A DNA stretch of 64,000 bases. Origin: an uncultured Clostridia bacterium. GTDB taxonomy: Bacteria > Bacillota > Clostridia > Christensenellales > Borkfalkiaceae. The notes beneath the pieces were generated by a model, which saw nothing but the letters and a program-made list of their open reading frames with translations, had not been told where the DNA came from and searched no databases. The stretch is from contig CANQBW010000001.1 in NCBI GenBank assembly GCA_947589565.1, positions 48,687 through 112,686 of the forward strand, written 5' to 3'. The position numbers and the translations under genes are program-made. Each line of letters begins with the position of its first letter. Within the stretch, counting starts at the first letter, position 1. This document shows, piece after piece, positions 43,220-55,769 of this stretch.

Positions 43220-45385
43220 CTAATTTAAATTCGCGGGATTTTCTTCCACATAGATCAAGACGTTCTTGAATTTCGCCGAGGTCGCGACCTCGTAAATATC
43301 TTTTAAAACCGATCCATCCAACAGGCGCATGAGCACCTGAAAGCGGTATTTTCTCTGAATGCGCCCCACGGGCGCACGCATCCGATTGAAAAAGAGAAAT
43401 TTTTCTCTGTTCTTTTCGTAGATTAAAGAAAGTTTTCCATAGACCTCGCGCAAAGCTTCGATGGTCTCCGCCTCCGTCTCGCCGACCGCCATGACGCGCA
43501 CGATCTTCGAAAAGGGCGGAAAGGACATGCTCTCCCGGATCGCAATTTCGTTTTGATAAAAGCCCTCGAAGTCGTAGTTTGCCGCAAAGCGCAGGATATA
43601 ATTTTCGGGCTCGTAGGTCTGCAAGATGACCGTGCCGGGGCTCTCCGCCCTTCCGCTCCTGCCGCCGACCTGCGTCACGAGCTGAAAGGTCCTCTCCCCG
43701 CTCCGATAGTCGGAGAAGTGCAGGCTCATGTCCGCGTCGAGAATGCCGACGAGGGTGACATGGGGAAAGTCATGGCCCTTGGCGACCATCTGCGTGCCGA
43801 CGAGAATGTCCCCCTCCCGCCTTGCAAAGGCGCTCAAAATTTTATAATGTCCCTCCTTTTGGGAGGCGGTGTCGTTGTCGAGGCGCAGAATGCGTGCAGA
43901 GGGGAAAAGCGTCTGAAGTTCCTTTTCGACGCGCTGCGTGCCCGTCCCCTTATAGCCGAAGTGAAGTCCCCCGCACTCGGGACAGGCCCTTGGGACATGA
44001 TATTTCGTCCCGCAGTAGTGGCATTTGAGACAATTTTCCTCGCTGTGATAGGTGAGGGAGACGTCGCAGTTCTCGCACTTTGCGGCATACCCGCAGTCGC
44101 GGCAGATGAGGCTCTGCGAATATCCCCTGCGGTTGAGGAACAAAATCGCCTGGTCCCCCTTCTTGAGGCACTCCCGAAGACTCTCCCTCAAGTGCATTGA
44201 GAAGGGCGAAGGATTTCCGCGGCGGGTCTCAAGGCGCATGTCCACGATCTTGACTTCGGGCATGGGCCTCTTTAAGATGCGCTCATCAAGGCGCACGAGC
44301 TGATATTCTCCCGCAAGCGCGGAGCGGAAGCTCTCCACCGAGGGGGTCGCACTCCCCATCACGATCTTACAATTATGATAGTGCGCTCTCAGTTTTGCGA
44401 TCTCCGCCGTCGAATAGCGGGGGGCGCTCTCCTGGCGGTAACTTCCGTCGTGCTCCTCGTCGATCACGATGATCCCGAGCTCTTCGATGGGTGCAAAGAC
44501 CGCGGAGCGTGCGCCGACGGCGATCTTTGCGCTCCCCTCTCTCAGGCGCATCCACTCGTCGTAGCGCTCTCCCGCAGAGAGCCTGCTGTGCAGGATCGCC
44601 ACATCGTTTCCAAATCTTCCTCTAAGTTTCCTTAACATTTGCGGGGTGAGAGAGATCTCGGGGACGAGGAAGATCGCCCCTTTCCCTCTTTGGAGGGACT
44701 CCTCGATGAGGCGAAGATAAATTTCCGTCTTGCCGCTCCCCGTCACGCCGAAGAGAAGGCTGACCTGCTTTTTTGTTTTTTCGATCTCTCTCAGCGCCCT
44801 CTCCTGCGCCTCGGTGAGGGTGGGACGGACGTCCTCTCCCTCTGCCCGCTTGTAGGGCTCCCGAAGAACGCTCTTTTCTTGAAAAGAGAGAAGTCCCCTC
44901 TCTTTGAGGGCATTGACGGCTCCCCCGAAGCGTTCGCGGAGAAGGGGCGCGGGCGTCTCCCCGTTTTCTTTTAAAAAGTCTGCAAGTTCCCGCTGCTTTT
45001 GGGCGCGGGGGGGAATTTCAGCGGGGTCTCCCGAAAGAGAGACGATCGTGATCAACTTCTCATGCACCTTTCCGCTGCGCATTTCGGCGGGCAGAAAGAG
45101 CCGCAAAGAGAGCGCGAGCGGGCAGAAGTATCTTGCCGAAATTTTTTGGCTTAAGGAGACGCACTCCTCGGGAAGAGACCCCTCTTCCACGCGATAAATT
45201 TGTTTGAGTTTGCTCTTTTCGAAGACGCTCTCCGACTTGACACGCATGACAAAGCCCGTCTCCGTCCGTCTCCCGAAGGGAACGGTGACGCGCATTCCCG
45301 CCTTTACGGTATCCTCGCAGATGTATTCGAAAATTTTGTCCACATCGCTGTGCGCGATGTCGACGATGACCTCACAAATCTTCAT
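43220..45385 (-). CDS. priA: primosomal protein N' (replication restart helicase)
   Basis: Walker A GVTGSGKT, DEEHD, and the Cys4 Zn-binding insert CRDCGY..CENC..CHYCG..CPECG. Confidence 0.95.
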   Translation of the reverse strand: MKICEVIVDIAHSDVDKIFEYICEDTVKAGMRVTVPFGRRTETGFVMRVKSESVFEKSKLKQIYRVEEGSLPEECVSLSQKISARYFCPLALSLRLFLPAEMRSGKVHEKLITIVSLSGDPAEIPPRAQKQRELADFLKENGETPAPLLRERFGGAVNALKERGLLSFQEKSVLREPYKRAEGEDVRPTLTEAQERALREIEKTKKQVSLLFGVTGSGKTEIYLRLIEESLQRGKGAIFLVPEISLTPQMLRKLRGRFGNDVAILHSRLSAGERYDEWMRLREGSAKIAVGARSAVFAPIEELGIIVIDEEHDGSYRQESAPRYSTAEIAKLRAHYHNCKIVMGSATPSVESFRSALAGEYQLVRLDERILKRPMPEVKIVDMRLETRRGNPSPFSMHLRESLRECLKKGDQAILFLNRRGYSQSLICRDCGYAAKCENCDVSLTYHSEENCLKCHYCGTKYHVPRACPECGGLHFGYKGTGTQRVEKELQTLFPSARILRLDNDTASQKEGHYKILSAFARREGDILVGTQMVAKGHDFPHVTLVGILDADMSLHFSDYRSGERTFQLVTQVGGRSGRAESPGTVILQTYEPENYILRFAANYDFEGFYQNEIAIRESMSFPPFSKIVRVMAVGETEAETIEALREVYGKLSLIYEKNREKFLFFNRMRAPVGRIQRKYRFQVLMRLLDGSVLKDIYEVATSAKFKNVLIYVEENPANLN

Positions 45386-45390
45386 TCTCT

Positions 45391-45428
45391 TTGGAAAAAA
45401 GCAAAATACCCCGCCTTTTTTGCGGGGT
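45391..45428 (-). terminator. intrinsic terminator between rpoZ and priA
   Basis: Minus strand reads CCCCGC-AAAAAAG-GCGGGG followed by TATTTTGCTTTTTT. It ends only ~6 nt before the priA ATG. Confidence 0.6.
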
Positions 45429-45491
45429 AGTTGAGCGTTAAAGGTGACAGAGTTCGTCGCCTAAGGCGACGGAAATTGAACCCCCGTCGCC

Positions 45492-45713
45492 TCAATCCTT
45501 TACGCTCTTGACGCGTCCGCTCATGATCTCCTTGCAGGCGAGCACGATCTCCTTCTGCTTGCCGGGAAGTTCGGTCGTTCCCGTGGACTGCATCTGCTCG
45601 ATGATCTGGCGGGTGCGCTTTGCGGCGACCACGCACAGTTCATAGCGGCTGATCGGCTCTTCCGGCGTGCCGAGTTTTCTGACCAAATCGTCTACCGAGG
45701 GTTCGTTTACCAT
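45492..45713 (-). CDS. rpoZ: DNA-directed RNA polymerase subunit omega
   Basis: 73 aa. SRYELCVVAAKRTRQI is the omega signature. Follows gmk. Confidence 0.88.
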   Translation of the reverse strand: MVNEPSVDDLVRKLGTPEEPISRYELCVVAAKRTRQIIEQMQSTGTTELPGKQKEIVLACKEIMSGRVKSVKD

Positions 45714-45724
45714 ATGCTATCTCC

Positions 45725-46282
45725 TTATCCGATGGATTTTTCTTTCTTTACGATCTCCAGAAGCCCTTTTTCGGCATCCTTCAGATCGGCGTTGACGAGA
45801 GTATAGTCGAACAAATTGCCCTTTTCAAGTTCGAACTTTGCGCGGGCAATGCGCTCCTTGAGGGAATCCTCCTCTTCCGTGCCGCGGCCCTTGAGTCTTC
45901 TTTCAAGTTCCTCTTCGCTGGGCGGTGCGATCATGACGAGCACCGCAGAGGGATAATTTTTCTTGACGTTTAAAGCTCCCACGACGTCGATCTCGAGAAG
46001 GACGGAGCTTTTTTTCAGCGTCTCCTCGACGAAACTTCGGGGAGTTCCGTAGTAGTTTCCGAAATGCTCGTCGTACTCCAGAAACTCGCCGCGGGAAATT
46101 TTCGTTTCAAACTCCTCTCTTGAGAGAAAGAAATAGCTCTTCCCTTCTGATTCACCCGGTCTCGGCTTTCTCGTCGTGCAGGAGACGGAGAGGGCGAACT
46201 GCCCGCTTCTCATCAGCCGCTCCACGAGCGTGCCCTTGCCCACGCCCGACGGGCCCGAGACGACCAAAAGAATATTTTTCAT
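45725..46282 (-). CDS. gmk: guanylate kinase
   Basis: Start moved to ATG 46282 (MKNILLVVSGPSGVGKGT), overlapping the yicC stop. Also TTRKPRPGE. Confidence 0.95.
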   Translation of the reverse strand: MKNILLVVSGPSGVGKGTLVERLMRSGQFALSVSCTTRKPRPGESEGKSYFFLSREEFETKISRGEFLEYDEHFGNYYGTPRSFVEETLKKSSVLLEIDVVGALNVKKNYPSAVLVMIAPPSEEELERRLKGRGTEEEDSLKERIARAKFELEKGNLFDYTLVNADLKDAEKGLLEIVKKEKSIG

Positions 46283-47151
46283 TCGAGGTTCTGGATCTGC
46301 TCGCGAATCTTTTCGATCTCGTTCTTCATCGCAAGGGCGCTCTTTGTGAGGAGAACGTCGTTCGACTTGCTGCAGATCGTATTGCACTCCCTGTTAAATT
46401 CCTGCACCAGAAAATCAAGCTTTCTTCCGACAAGCTCCTCTGTGCAGATCTTATAAAATTGCGCGATATGGCTCTCGAGGCGCGTGAGTTCCTCGTCGAT
46501 GTTGCACTTGTCGGCAAAGAGGGCGGCCTCCGTCAGAATGCGGCTCTCGTCCGCCTTGCCCTCCAAGTATTCGTTCATGCGATCGAGAAGTTTCTTTTGA
46601 TAGTTCTCCGAAACGAGGGGCGCCCGCGCGGAAATTTCCGTCCGAAGTTCCTCAATGCACTTCAGGCGCACGAGGATGTCCTCTTTGAGACGCTCCCCCT
46701 CCCTCTTTCTCATCGCCTTGAGATTTTCGACGGCAAGAAGAAGGGCCTTTTCAACGCCCTTTTCAAACGCCTCGTCGGGAGTTTTCTCCTCCTCCTGCGT
46801 CAGAACATCGGGCGCACGGAGAAGTCCGCTCAAAGTAAGATCGTCCGAGAGGGCGGGAAATCTCTCCTTGAGCTCCGTGTAAGCGTTGAAGTAGGCGGAA
46901 GCTGCGGCATGATCCACATAGAACTGCTTACCCTTTTCACGCTTGTCGAGAAATCCGACGAAGGCTTCGACGTGTCCGCGCGAGAGATGGGTGCGAAGGG
47001 TCTCGCGAATTTTCTCCTCAAAGGGAGAGAGAAGATGGGGCGTTTTAAGCGAAAGGTCCAAAAAGCGGTTGTTCACCGACTTGAGCTCCACCCAGATGTC
47101 GAGCCCGTTCTCGCTGTATTCTCCCCTGCCGAAGCCGGTCATGCTGTACAT
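46279..47151 (-). CDS. yicC: YicC/YloC family endoribonuclease
   Basis: MYSMTGFGRGE, SVNNRFLD, and the C-terminal DEELTRL...EFNRE..TI.SK. Confidence 0.9.
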   Translation of the reverse strand: MYSMTGFGRGEYSENGLDIWVELKSVNNRFLDLSLKTPHLLSPFEEKIRETLRTHLSRGHVEAFVGFLDKREKGKQFYVDHAAASAYFNAYTELKERFPALSDDLTLSGLLRAPDVLTQEEEKTPDEAFEKGVEKALLLAVENLKAMRKREGERLKEDILVRLKCIEELRTEISARAPLVSENYQKKLLDRMNEYLEGKADESRILTEAALFADKCNIDEELTRLESHIAQFYKICTEELVGRKLDFLVQEFNRECNTICSKSNDVLLTKSALAMKNEIEKIREQIQNLE

Positions 47152-47192
47152 TCCCGTATCCCCCTCGTAGAAATTTCCGTCTATTCTACATG

Positions 47193-47221
47193 ATTATAGC
47201 ACAACTTTTCCGAATTTTCAA
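47193..47221 (-). promoter_or_regulatory. near-consensus sigma-A promoter of yicC-gmk-rpoZ
   Basis: Minus strand reads TTGAAA (47221-47216), 17 nt, TGC-TATAAT (47198-47193). Confidence 0.65.
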
Positions 47222-47234
47222 GCCGTTTGTGTGA

Positions 47235-51456
<4,222 letters not shown>

Positions 51457-51469
51457 AATTTCTTTTGAG

Positions 51470-51936
51470 TAGGTTTCGTCGAAAAGCTCGCTTCGCGATC
51501 TTTCTCGACGAGGAAATAGACCATTTTGCCTTGAATTGCTTGGTCGTCTCGTTCGCTTTCACGACAATAAGCGTGCGGTGGCTCGCAAACAGGGGCGTGC
51601 AGCGCAGGGAAACCCTGCTCGCACCATGGGATTGCAAAAACGTCCCGTCGATAGCTTAGGGGATCCATTACTCGCCTTAAGGCTCGTGCGCCGCGTATGG
51701 ATTCTCAATAAAACGACGCGTCGTCGACTGCGCTCGGAATGACATCGCTTTTTACATGCCCTTCTAAATTTTACTGCGCGGAGCAAAACCACGCTTTTGC
51801 GGCAGCGCCCTCAATTTGCGCGACCCTTCGCGCTTATTGTCGTGAAAGCGACCGTGAGAGTGACTTAATCAAGGCAAAAAGGCAAGTTTCCTCGAACGTA
51901 AATATTTCCGAAGGAAAGATTTCGTTCGAAAATAGA
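51470..51936. repeat. modular repeat block R6: foldback element with inverted hairpin termini
   Basis: Left terminus 51474-51516 (an F variant) and right terminus 51887-51931 (F inverted). Internal modules: C (51542-51575), B inverted (51596-51625), A inverted (51658-51743), and an inverted arm at 51790-51886. Fills the whole spacer between the 51938 ORF and pcrA. Confidence 0.85.
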
Positions 51937-51937
51937 G

Positions 51938-52333
51938 TTATACTCTTCCCTTTATCTCAAACTCATACTCCCGCTTGAAGCGCTCGAGTGCCTTTAAGTA
52001 CTTGTCCGAGAGTTCGAGCATGTATCTCTGCTTTTCGGAATAGCTGAGGGTCGCGTAATATTCCTTGTCGGTGAGCCTTCCGATCGCGTCGGACACTTCC
52101 CCCTCGCAGAGAAGAAGATCGCGGACTTTGAGGTAGAACTCGTCTTTGGTGTCGTCGCCTCTGATCTCGGTGACGACCTTCTGCTGGAAATAGCGCTCCA
52201 TCTTGCTTTCGTTGATCCCTTGCTGCTTGGCATGATTGCGTTCGTTGTCCAGTTTCGCTTCACATTCCTTCCAGAACCCCTTCTTCATGCGCTGCTTCGC
52301 CTCTTTTGCAAGCATCTTTAGCGTTCTTTCCAT
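51938..52333 (-). CDS. hypothetical protein (charged, helical)
   Basis: Start moved to ATG 52333 (MERTLKMLAKEAK) behind GGAGGAG. 131 aa and K/E-rich. No family recognised. Follows rpsU. Confidence 0.5.
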   Translation of the reverse strand: MERTLKMLAKEAKQRMKKGFWKECEAKLDNERNHAKQQGINESKMERYFQQKVVTEIRGDDTKDEFYLKVRDLLLCEGEVSDAIGRLTDKEYYATLSYSEKQRYMLELSDKYLKALERFKREYEFEIKGRV

Positions 52334-52417
52334 TTCTCCTCCTTTTTTTCGTCGGCTTTCGCCCCGAATCGACATTCTTGAGAAAAAAATTCCGTAACAA
52401 AGCGTTACGGAATTTCC

Positions 52418-52594
52418 TTAGTTTCTGCTTCTCTTTCTCGCTGCTTCGGATTTCTTTCTCTTTTTCACGGAAGGCTTCTCGTAAAATTCCTTTTTACGAA
52501 GATCCCCGATGATCCCGTCGCGGGAGCACTTTCTCTTGAAACGGCGAAGCGCGCTCTCCAAATTTTCATTTTCACCGACTCTGATCGTGGACAT
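52418..52594 (-). CDS. rpsU: 30S ribosomal protein S21
   Basis: Start moved to ATG 52594 behind [36 protein letters not shown] is canonical S21. Confidence 0.95.
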   Translation of the reverse strand: MSTIRVGENENLESALRRFKRKCSRDGIIGDLRKKEFYEKPSVKKRKKSEAARKRSRN

Positions 52595-52634
52595 TCTCTC
52601 TACCCTCCTTCGCCGAAGCACTTAGTTCTCTATT

Positions 52635-52663
52635 ATTATAGCAAATACCGGCTTCGCTGTCAA
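52635..52663 (-). promoter_or_regulatory. consensus sigma-A promoter of rpsU
   Basis: Minus strand reads TTGACA (52663-52658), 17 nt, TGC-TATAAT (52640-52635). Confidence 0.7.
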
Positions 52664-52698
52664 TTTTTTTTACGGAGGATTTTTTATTTTTTTGCCTT

Positions 52699-54471
52699 TT
52701 ATTTCTTCTTCCCGATAAGCTTCTTCACGAAGTCGGGAAGCTTCTGGTCGGGCATGTCGATGTCGGCGTCGTCGTCCTCTGCTTCCGCATGGGGAGCGGG
52801 AGGATTGTTCTTATAGGGATCGTATCCGGGCACAGACTCCTGCCGGGAATAGTTGTACTCCTGCTGCGGCTGCTGCTGGGGATATCCCTGCTGAGGCTGC
52901 TGCGGATAATTCTGCGGCTGCTGTTGAGGATATTGCGCCTGCCGGGGATAATTCTGACCCTGCGGATATCCCTGCTGCGGCTGCTGGTAGCCCTGCCCCT
53001 GCTGTTGAGGATAGCCCTGCGTGCGGGGGTCATAGTAGCCCTGCTGGGGCGCACCACGCTGCACCGAGCTTGCGGGGGGCATATCCGAGAAATTCTTCTG
53101 CGGCTGCGCGGGCTGACGGTAGCGGTCCGCGGGCGGGTTCTGCGGAAGACCGTCCTGACGGTACTGCGTCGGCGGGTTCTGTCTCGGCTGTCCATAGGGA
53201 TCCGCGGGATTTTGCCTCGGCTGCGCGTAAGGATCCGCGGGCGGATTCTGGCGATACTGTCCGTCCGGACGGTAGTCTGCGGGCGGATTCTGGCGGGGCG
53301 GCTGCCCATAGGGATCAACAGGCGGATTCTGGCGGGGCGGCTGCGGCGCAAAGGGACTGCGCGAAGTCGTCTGCTGCTGATTGGAGACCTGGTTGAGGTT
53401 GTAGGCAGGCTGGCGGGAAATTCTCGCCCCCTTCTGAAGTTCGGGATGGATGCCCGAGGAAGGGAATCCCGTCGCGATGACCGTCACTTCCACTTCGTCG
53501 CGGATATTTTCGTCGATACATGCGCCGAAGATGATGTTCGCGGAGTAGTCGACGACACTGTGAATGAGGTTTGCGGCAAGGCGGACCTCGTCAAAGGTGA
53601 GGTCATTCCCGCCGACGATGTTTAAAATGACGCCCGTCGCGCCCTCGATGGTCGTCTCGAGCAAGGGGCAGCTGACCGCGAGGCGGACTGCCTCGATGAT
53701 CCTGTTCTCCCCCTTTGCGACGCCGACGCCCATGTGCGCAAGTCCCCTGTCCTTGAGGACGGCTTTGACGTCCGCAAAGTCGAGGTTGATGAGCGCGGGC
53801 GTGACGATGAGGTCCGCGATCCCGCGGATGCCCTGCTTCAAGACTTCATCAGCGACGCGGAGAGCCTCCTGCATCGGTGCGTTCTTGGGAACGACGTCGC
53901 CGATCTTTTCGTTGGGAATGATGATGAGGGTATCGACATATTTTTTGAGGTTGTCGAGCCCCTTTGCGGTGTTGTCCATGCGGTGCTTTCCCTCGAAGGA
54001 GAAGGGCTCCGTGACGACCGCGACCGTCAGAATTTTGAGGTCCTTGGCGATCTTGGCGATGACGGGAGCCGCGCCCGTTCCGGTGCCGCCTCCCATGCCC
54101 GCCGTGATGAAGAGAAGATCGGTGTTTTCGACCGCCTTGACGAGGACGTCCTTGTCCTCCTCCGCAGCCATGCGCCCGATCTCGGGATCCGCGCCCGCGC
54201 CGAGTCCCTTGGTGAGCTTTGCGCCGATCTGGATCTTCGTCTCCGCCTTGTTGCAGGCGAGGATCTGCGCGTCGGTATTCACGGCGACGTATTTCGCGCT
54301 CGTGATTCCCGCATCGATCATGCGGTTGACGGCGTTGTTGCCCGCGCCGCCCACGCCGATGACCTTGATCCGCGCCTTGCCGTTGAGCTCGGGCTCCTGA
54401 TGGGTGTCCGCAGGGCGATCGTTCGGAATATTTTCTCTCCCCCACATGGAAGAATTGTTGTCGTTATACAT
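52699..54471 (-). CDS. ftsZ: cell division protein FtsZ with an unusually long repetitive C-terminal linker
   Basis: GVGGAGNNAVNRM and GMGGGTGTGAAPVIA. The globular core ends near residue 345. A P/Q/Y/G-rich stretch of about 225 aa follows, then the conserved C-terminal peptide DIDMPDQKLPDFVKKL. Confidence 0.95.
   Translation of the reverse strand: MYNDNNSSMWGRENIPNDRPADTHQEPELNGKARIKVIGVGGAGNNAVNRMIDAGITSAKYVAVNTDAQILACNKAETKIQIGAKLTKGLGAGADPEIGRMAAEEDKDVLVKAVENTDLLFITAGMGGGTGTGAAPVIAKIAKDLKILTVAVVTEPFSFEGKHRMDNTAKGLDNLKKYVDTLIIIPNEKIGDVVPKNAPMQEALRVADEVLKQGIRGIADLIVTPALINLDFADVKAVLKDRGLAHMGVGVAKGENRIIEAVRLAVSCPLLETTIEGATGVILNIVGGNDLTFDEVRLAANLIHSVVDYSANIIFGACIDENIRDEVEVTVIATGFPSSGIHPELQKGARISRQPAYNLNQVSNQQQTTSRSPFAPQPPRQNPPVDPYGQPPRQNPPADYRPDGQYRQNPPADPYAQPRQNPADPYGQPRQNPPTQYRQDGLPQNPPADRYRQPAQPQKNFSDMPPASSVQRGAPQQGYYDPRTQGYPQQQGQGYQQPQQGYPQGQNYPRQAQYPQQQPQNYPQQPQQGYPQQQPQQEYNYSRQESVPGYDPYKNNPPAPHAEAEDDDADIDMPDQKLPDFVKKLIGKKK
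52762..53436 (-). repeat. low-complexity / degenerate tandem-repeat coding region (FtsZ linker)
   Basis: Repeated PRQNPPADPYGQ-like units, then QGYPQQQ-like units. At the DNA level there are reiterated GGCGGATTCTGGCGGGGCGGCTGC and CTGCTG-rich tracts. Confidence 0.8.
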
Positions 54472-54473
54472 GC

Positions 54474-55619
54474 TTAACCTCCGAATAAACTTGAAAATGC
54501 TCCTCCGCTTGCGCGGTTGTCTTTGCAGGCCATGTCGATGAGCGCAATGCGCGAACTCATGGACGGTTTATTGTAATAGGGCAGATCGGGCGCAAGTTGC
54601 TCGCAGACCGTATTCAGCCGCCTTGACATATGTTCGAGTGCGCCGCGGATGCCGTCGAGCCCCTCTCCCGTCACAAAGATGGGCTTTGAAGAGAGTTCGT
54701 CGCTCTCGCAGCTCTCCAGAAAGAGAGCGACTTGCTCGCACAGCTCGTCCAATCCCGCCTTGACCTCTTCGACGAACGCCCCGGCGGGTACCTCGTAGTA
54801 CCTCCCCTTCCATCCGACCTCACGCGCTTTCGCGTCTCTTTTGAGATACAGATTGGAGCGGGTGAGCAAGGTGACCGCAGCCTCGTAGGGAAGATGGAAC
54901 CTCTCCATGAGCCTGACCGCGATCTGACCCTGTCCCGCCCAGAAGGTGCGCTGCTGTAAGATCGCCCCTCCCATGACGATGCCGATCGTCGAAGAGAGAT
55001 ATCCCACATCGAGGAAGATCGCGCATTCGTCGCGCTGGTCGGCGGTGAGAAGATTCATCGCCATCGCGTAGTCTGTGGGAAGATATTTGAGTAAGATTTT
55101 CTGACCGCCGAACACCTGTTCCATGGCGCTCGTAAAATAATCGGAACAGTAGAAATAGGACAAAATTCCCGTCAAAGACGAGGAGTAGATGCCCACGGGA
55201 TCGACAATACGGCGGTTGTCCGAGGTAAAGAAGATGGCGCTCGAAACGCGGATGAGCCGATAGCCGTCGAGATTTTCGACGCCGCTGTCGTAAAGTGCGT
55301 CGATCTCCCGCTCCCCCAACTTTTTGCGCTTGGGGAAGGAGAGAGACTGCTCCTTCAAAACCACCCGCATGAACTCCCCGGGGACCCCGATGTAGAGCGT
55401 CTTGAAACGCTTTCCGCAGATGCGCTCCACGCCCTCGAGCGCGCGCAGGGCGGCATGAGTAAATTCTTCGATGTTGAAAAATTCGCCCTTCTGATAGCCG
55501 CCGTACGGCTCCGTCTTGCTCGCCTTGAATGCAAACGTGCTGTTTACGCCCATTTCGCCCACAAAAACGGCGACTTCCGACGACCGCACGTCCATGACCG
55601 CTACACTCTTGCCCGCCAA
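54474..55619 (-). CDS. ftsA: cell division protein FtsA-like (actin/ASKHA fold)
   Basis: TTG start 55619, 6 nt after GGAGGAG. VAVMDVRSSEVAVFVGE, IGVPGEF, IFLDVGY. Sits immediately upstream of ftsZ, and the ftsZ SD lies in its last codons. Confidence 0.75.
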   Translation of the reverse strand: MAGKSVAVMDVRSSEVAVFVGEMGVNSTFAFKASKTEPYGGYQKGEFFNIEEFTHAALRALEGVERICGKRFKTLYIGVPGEFMRVVLKEQSLSFPKRKKLGEREIDALYDSGVENLDGYRLIRVSSAIFFTSDNRRIVDPVGIYSSSLTGILSYFYCSDYFTSAMEQVFGGQKILLKYLPTDYAMAMNLLTADQRDECAIFLDVGYLSSTIGIVMGGAILQQRTFWAGQGQIAVRLMERFHLPYEAAVTLLTRSNLYLKRDAKAREVGWKGRYYEVPAGAFVEEVKAGLDELCEQVALFLESCESDELSSKPIFVTGEGLDGIRGALEHMSRRLNTVCEQLAPDLPYYNKPSMSSRIALIDMACKDNRASGGAFSSLFGG

Positions 55620-55649
55620 TTGCTTCTCCTCCGTAAATACTCATTTATA

Positions 55650-55678
55650 ATTGTAACAAAAATCACGGCGAATGTCAA
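55650..55678 (-). promoter_or_regulatory. sigma-A promoter of ftsA-ftsZ, embedded in a hairpin
   Basis: Minus strand reads TTGACA (55678-55673), 17 nt, TACAAT (55655-55650). The arms AATCACGGC (55661-55669) and GCCGTGATT (55685-55693) flank the -35 and are followed by TTTTG on the minus strand, so this may also terminate the upstream gene. Confidence 0.55.
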
Positions 55679-55725
55679 GGATTTGCCGTGATTTTTTCAA
55701 AACAGCGAAAACTTTTTCTAAAACA

Positions 55726-55769
55726 ACTTTCCTCGAGCGAAAGATTCCGCAGGAAGATTTCGTTCGAAA
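55726..55769. repeat. solitary F hairpin module (R7)
   Basis: TTTCCTCGAGCGAAAGATTCC-GCA-GGAAGATTTCGTTCGAAA, directly abutting the lipoprotein stop (55770). Confidence 0.8.

Noticed and set aside
52725-53625. Alternative-frame ORFs within the ftsZ linker region (52725..53351 minus strand, 52789..53625 plus strand).
   Set aside because: These are artefacts of the repetitive CTGCTG/GGC-rich DNA. The FtsZ frame connects a canonical core to the canonical C-terminal peptide.
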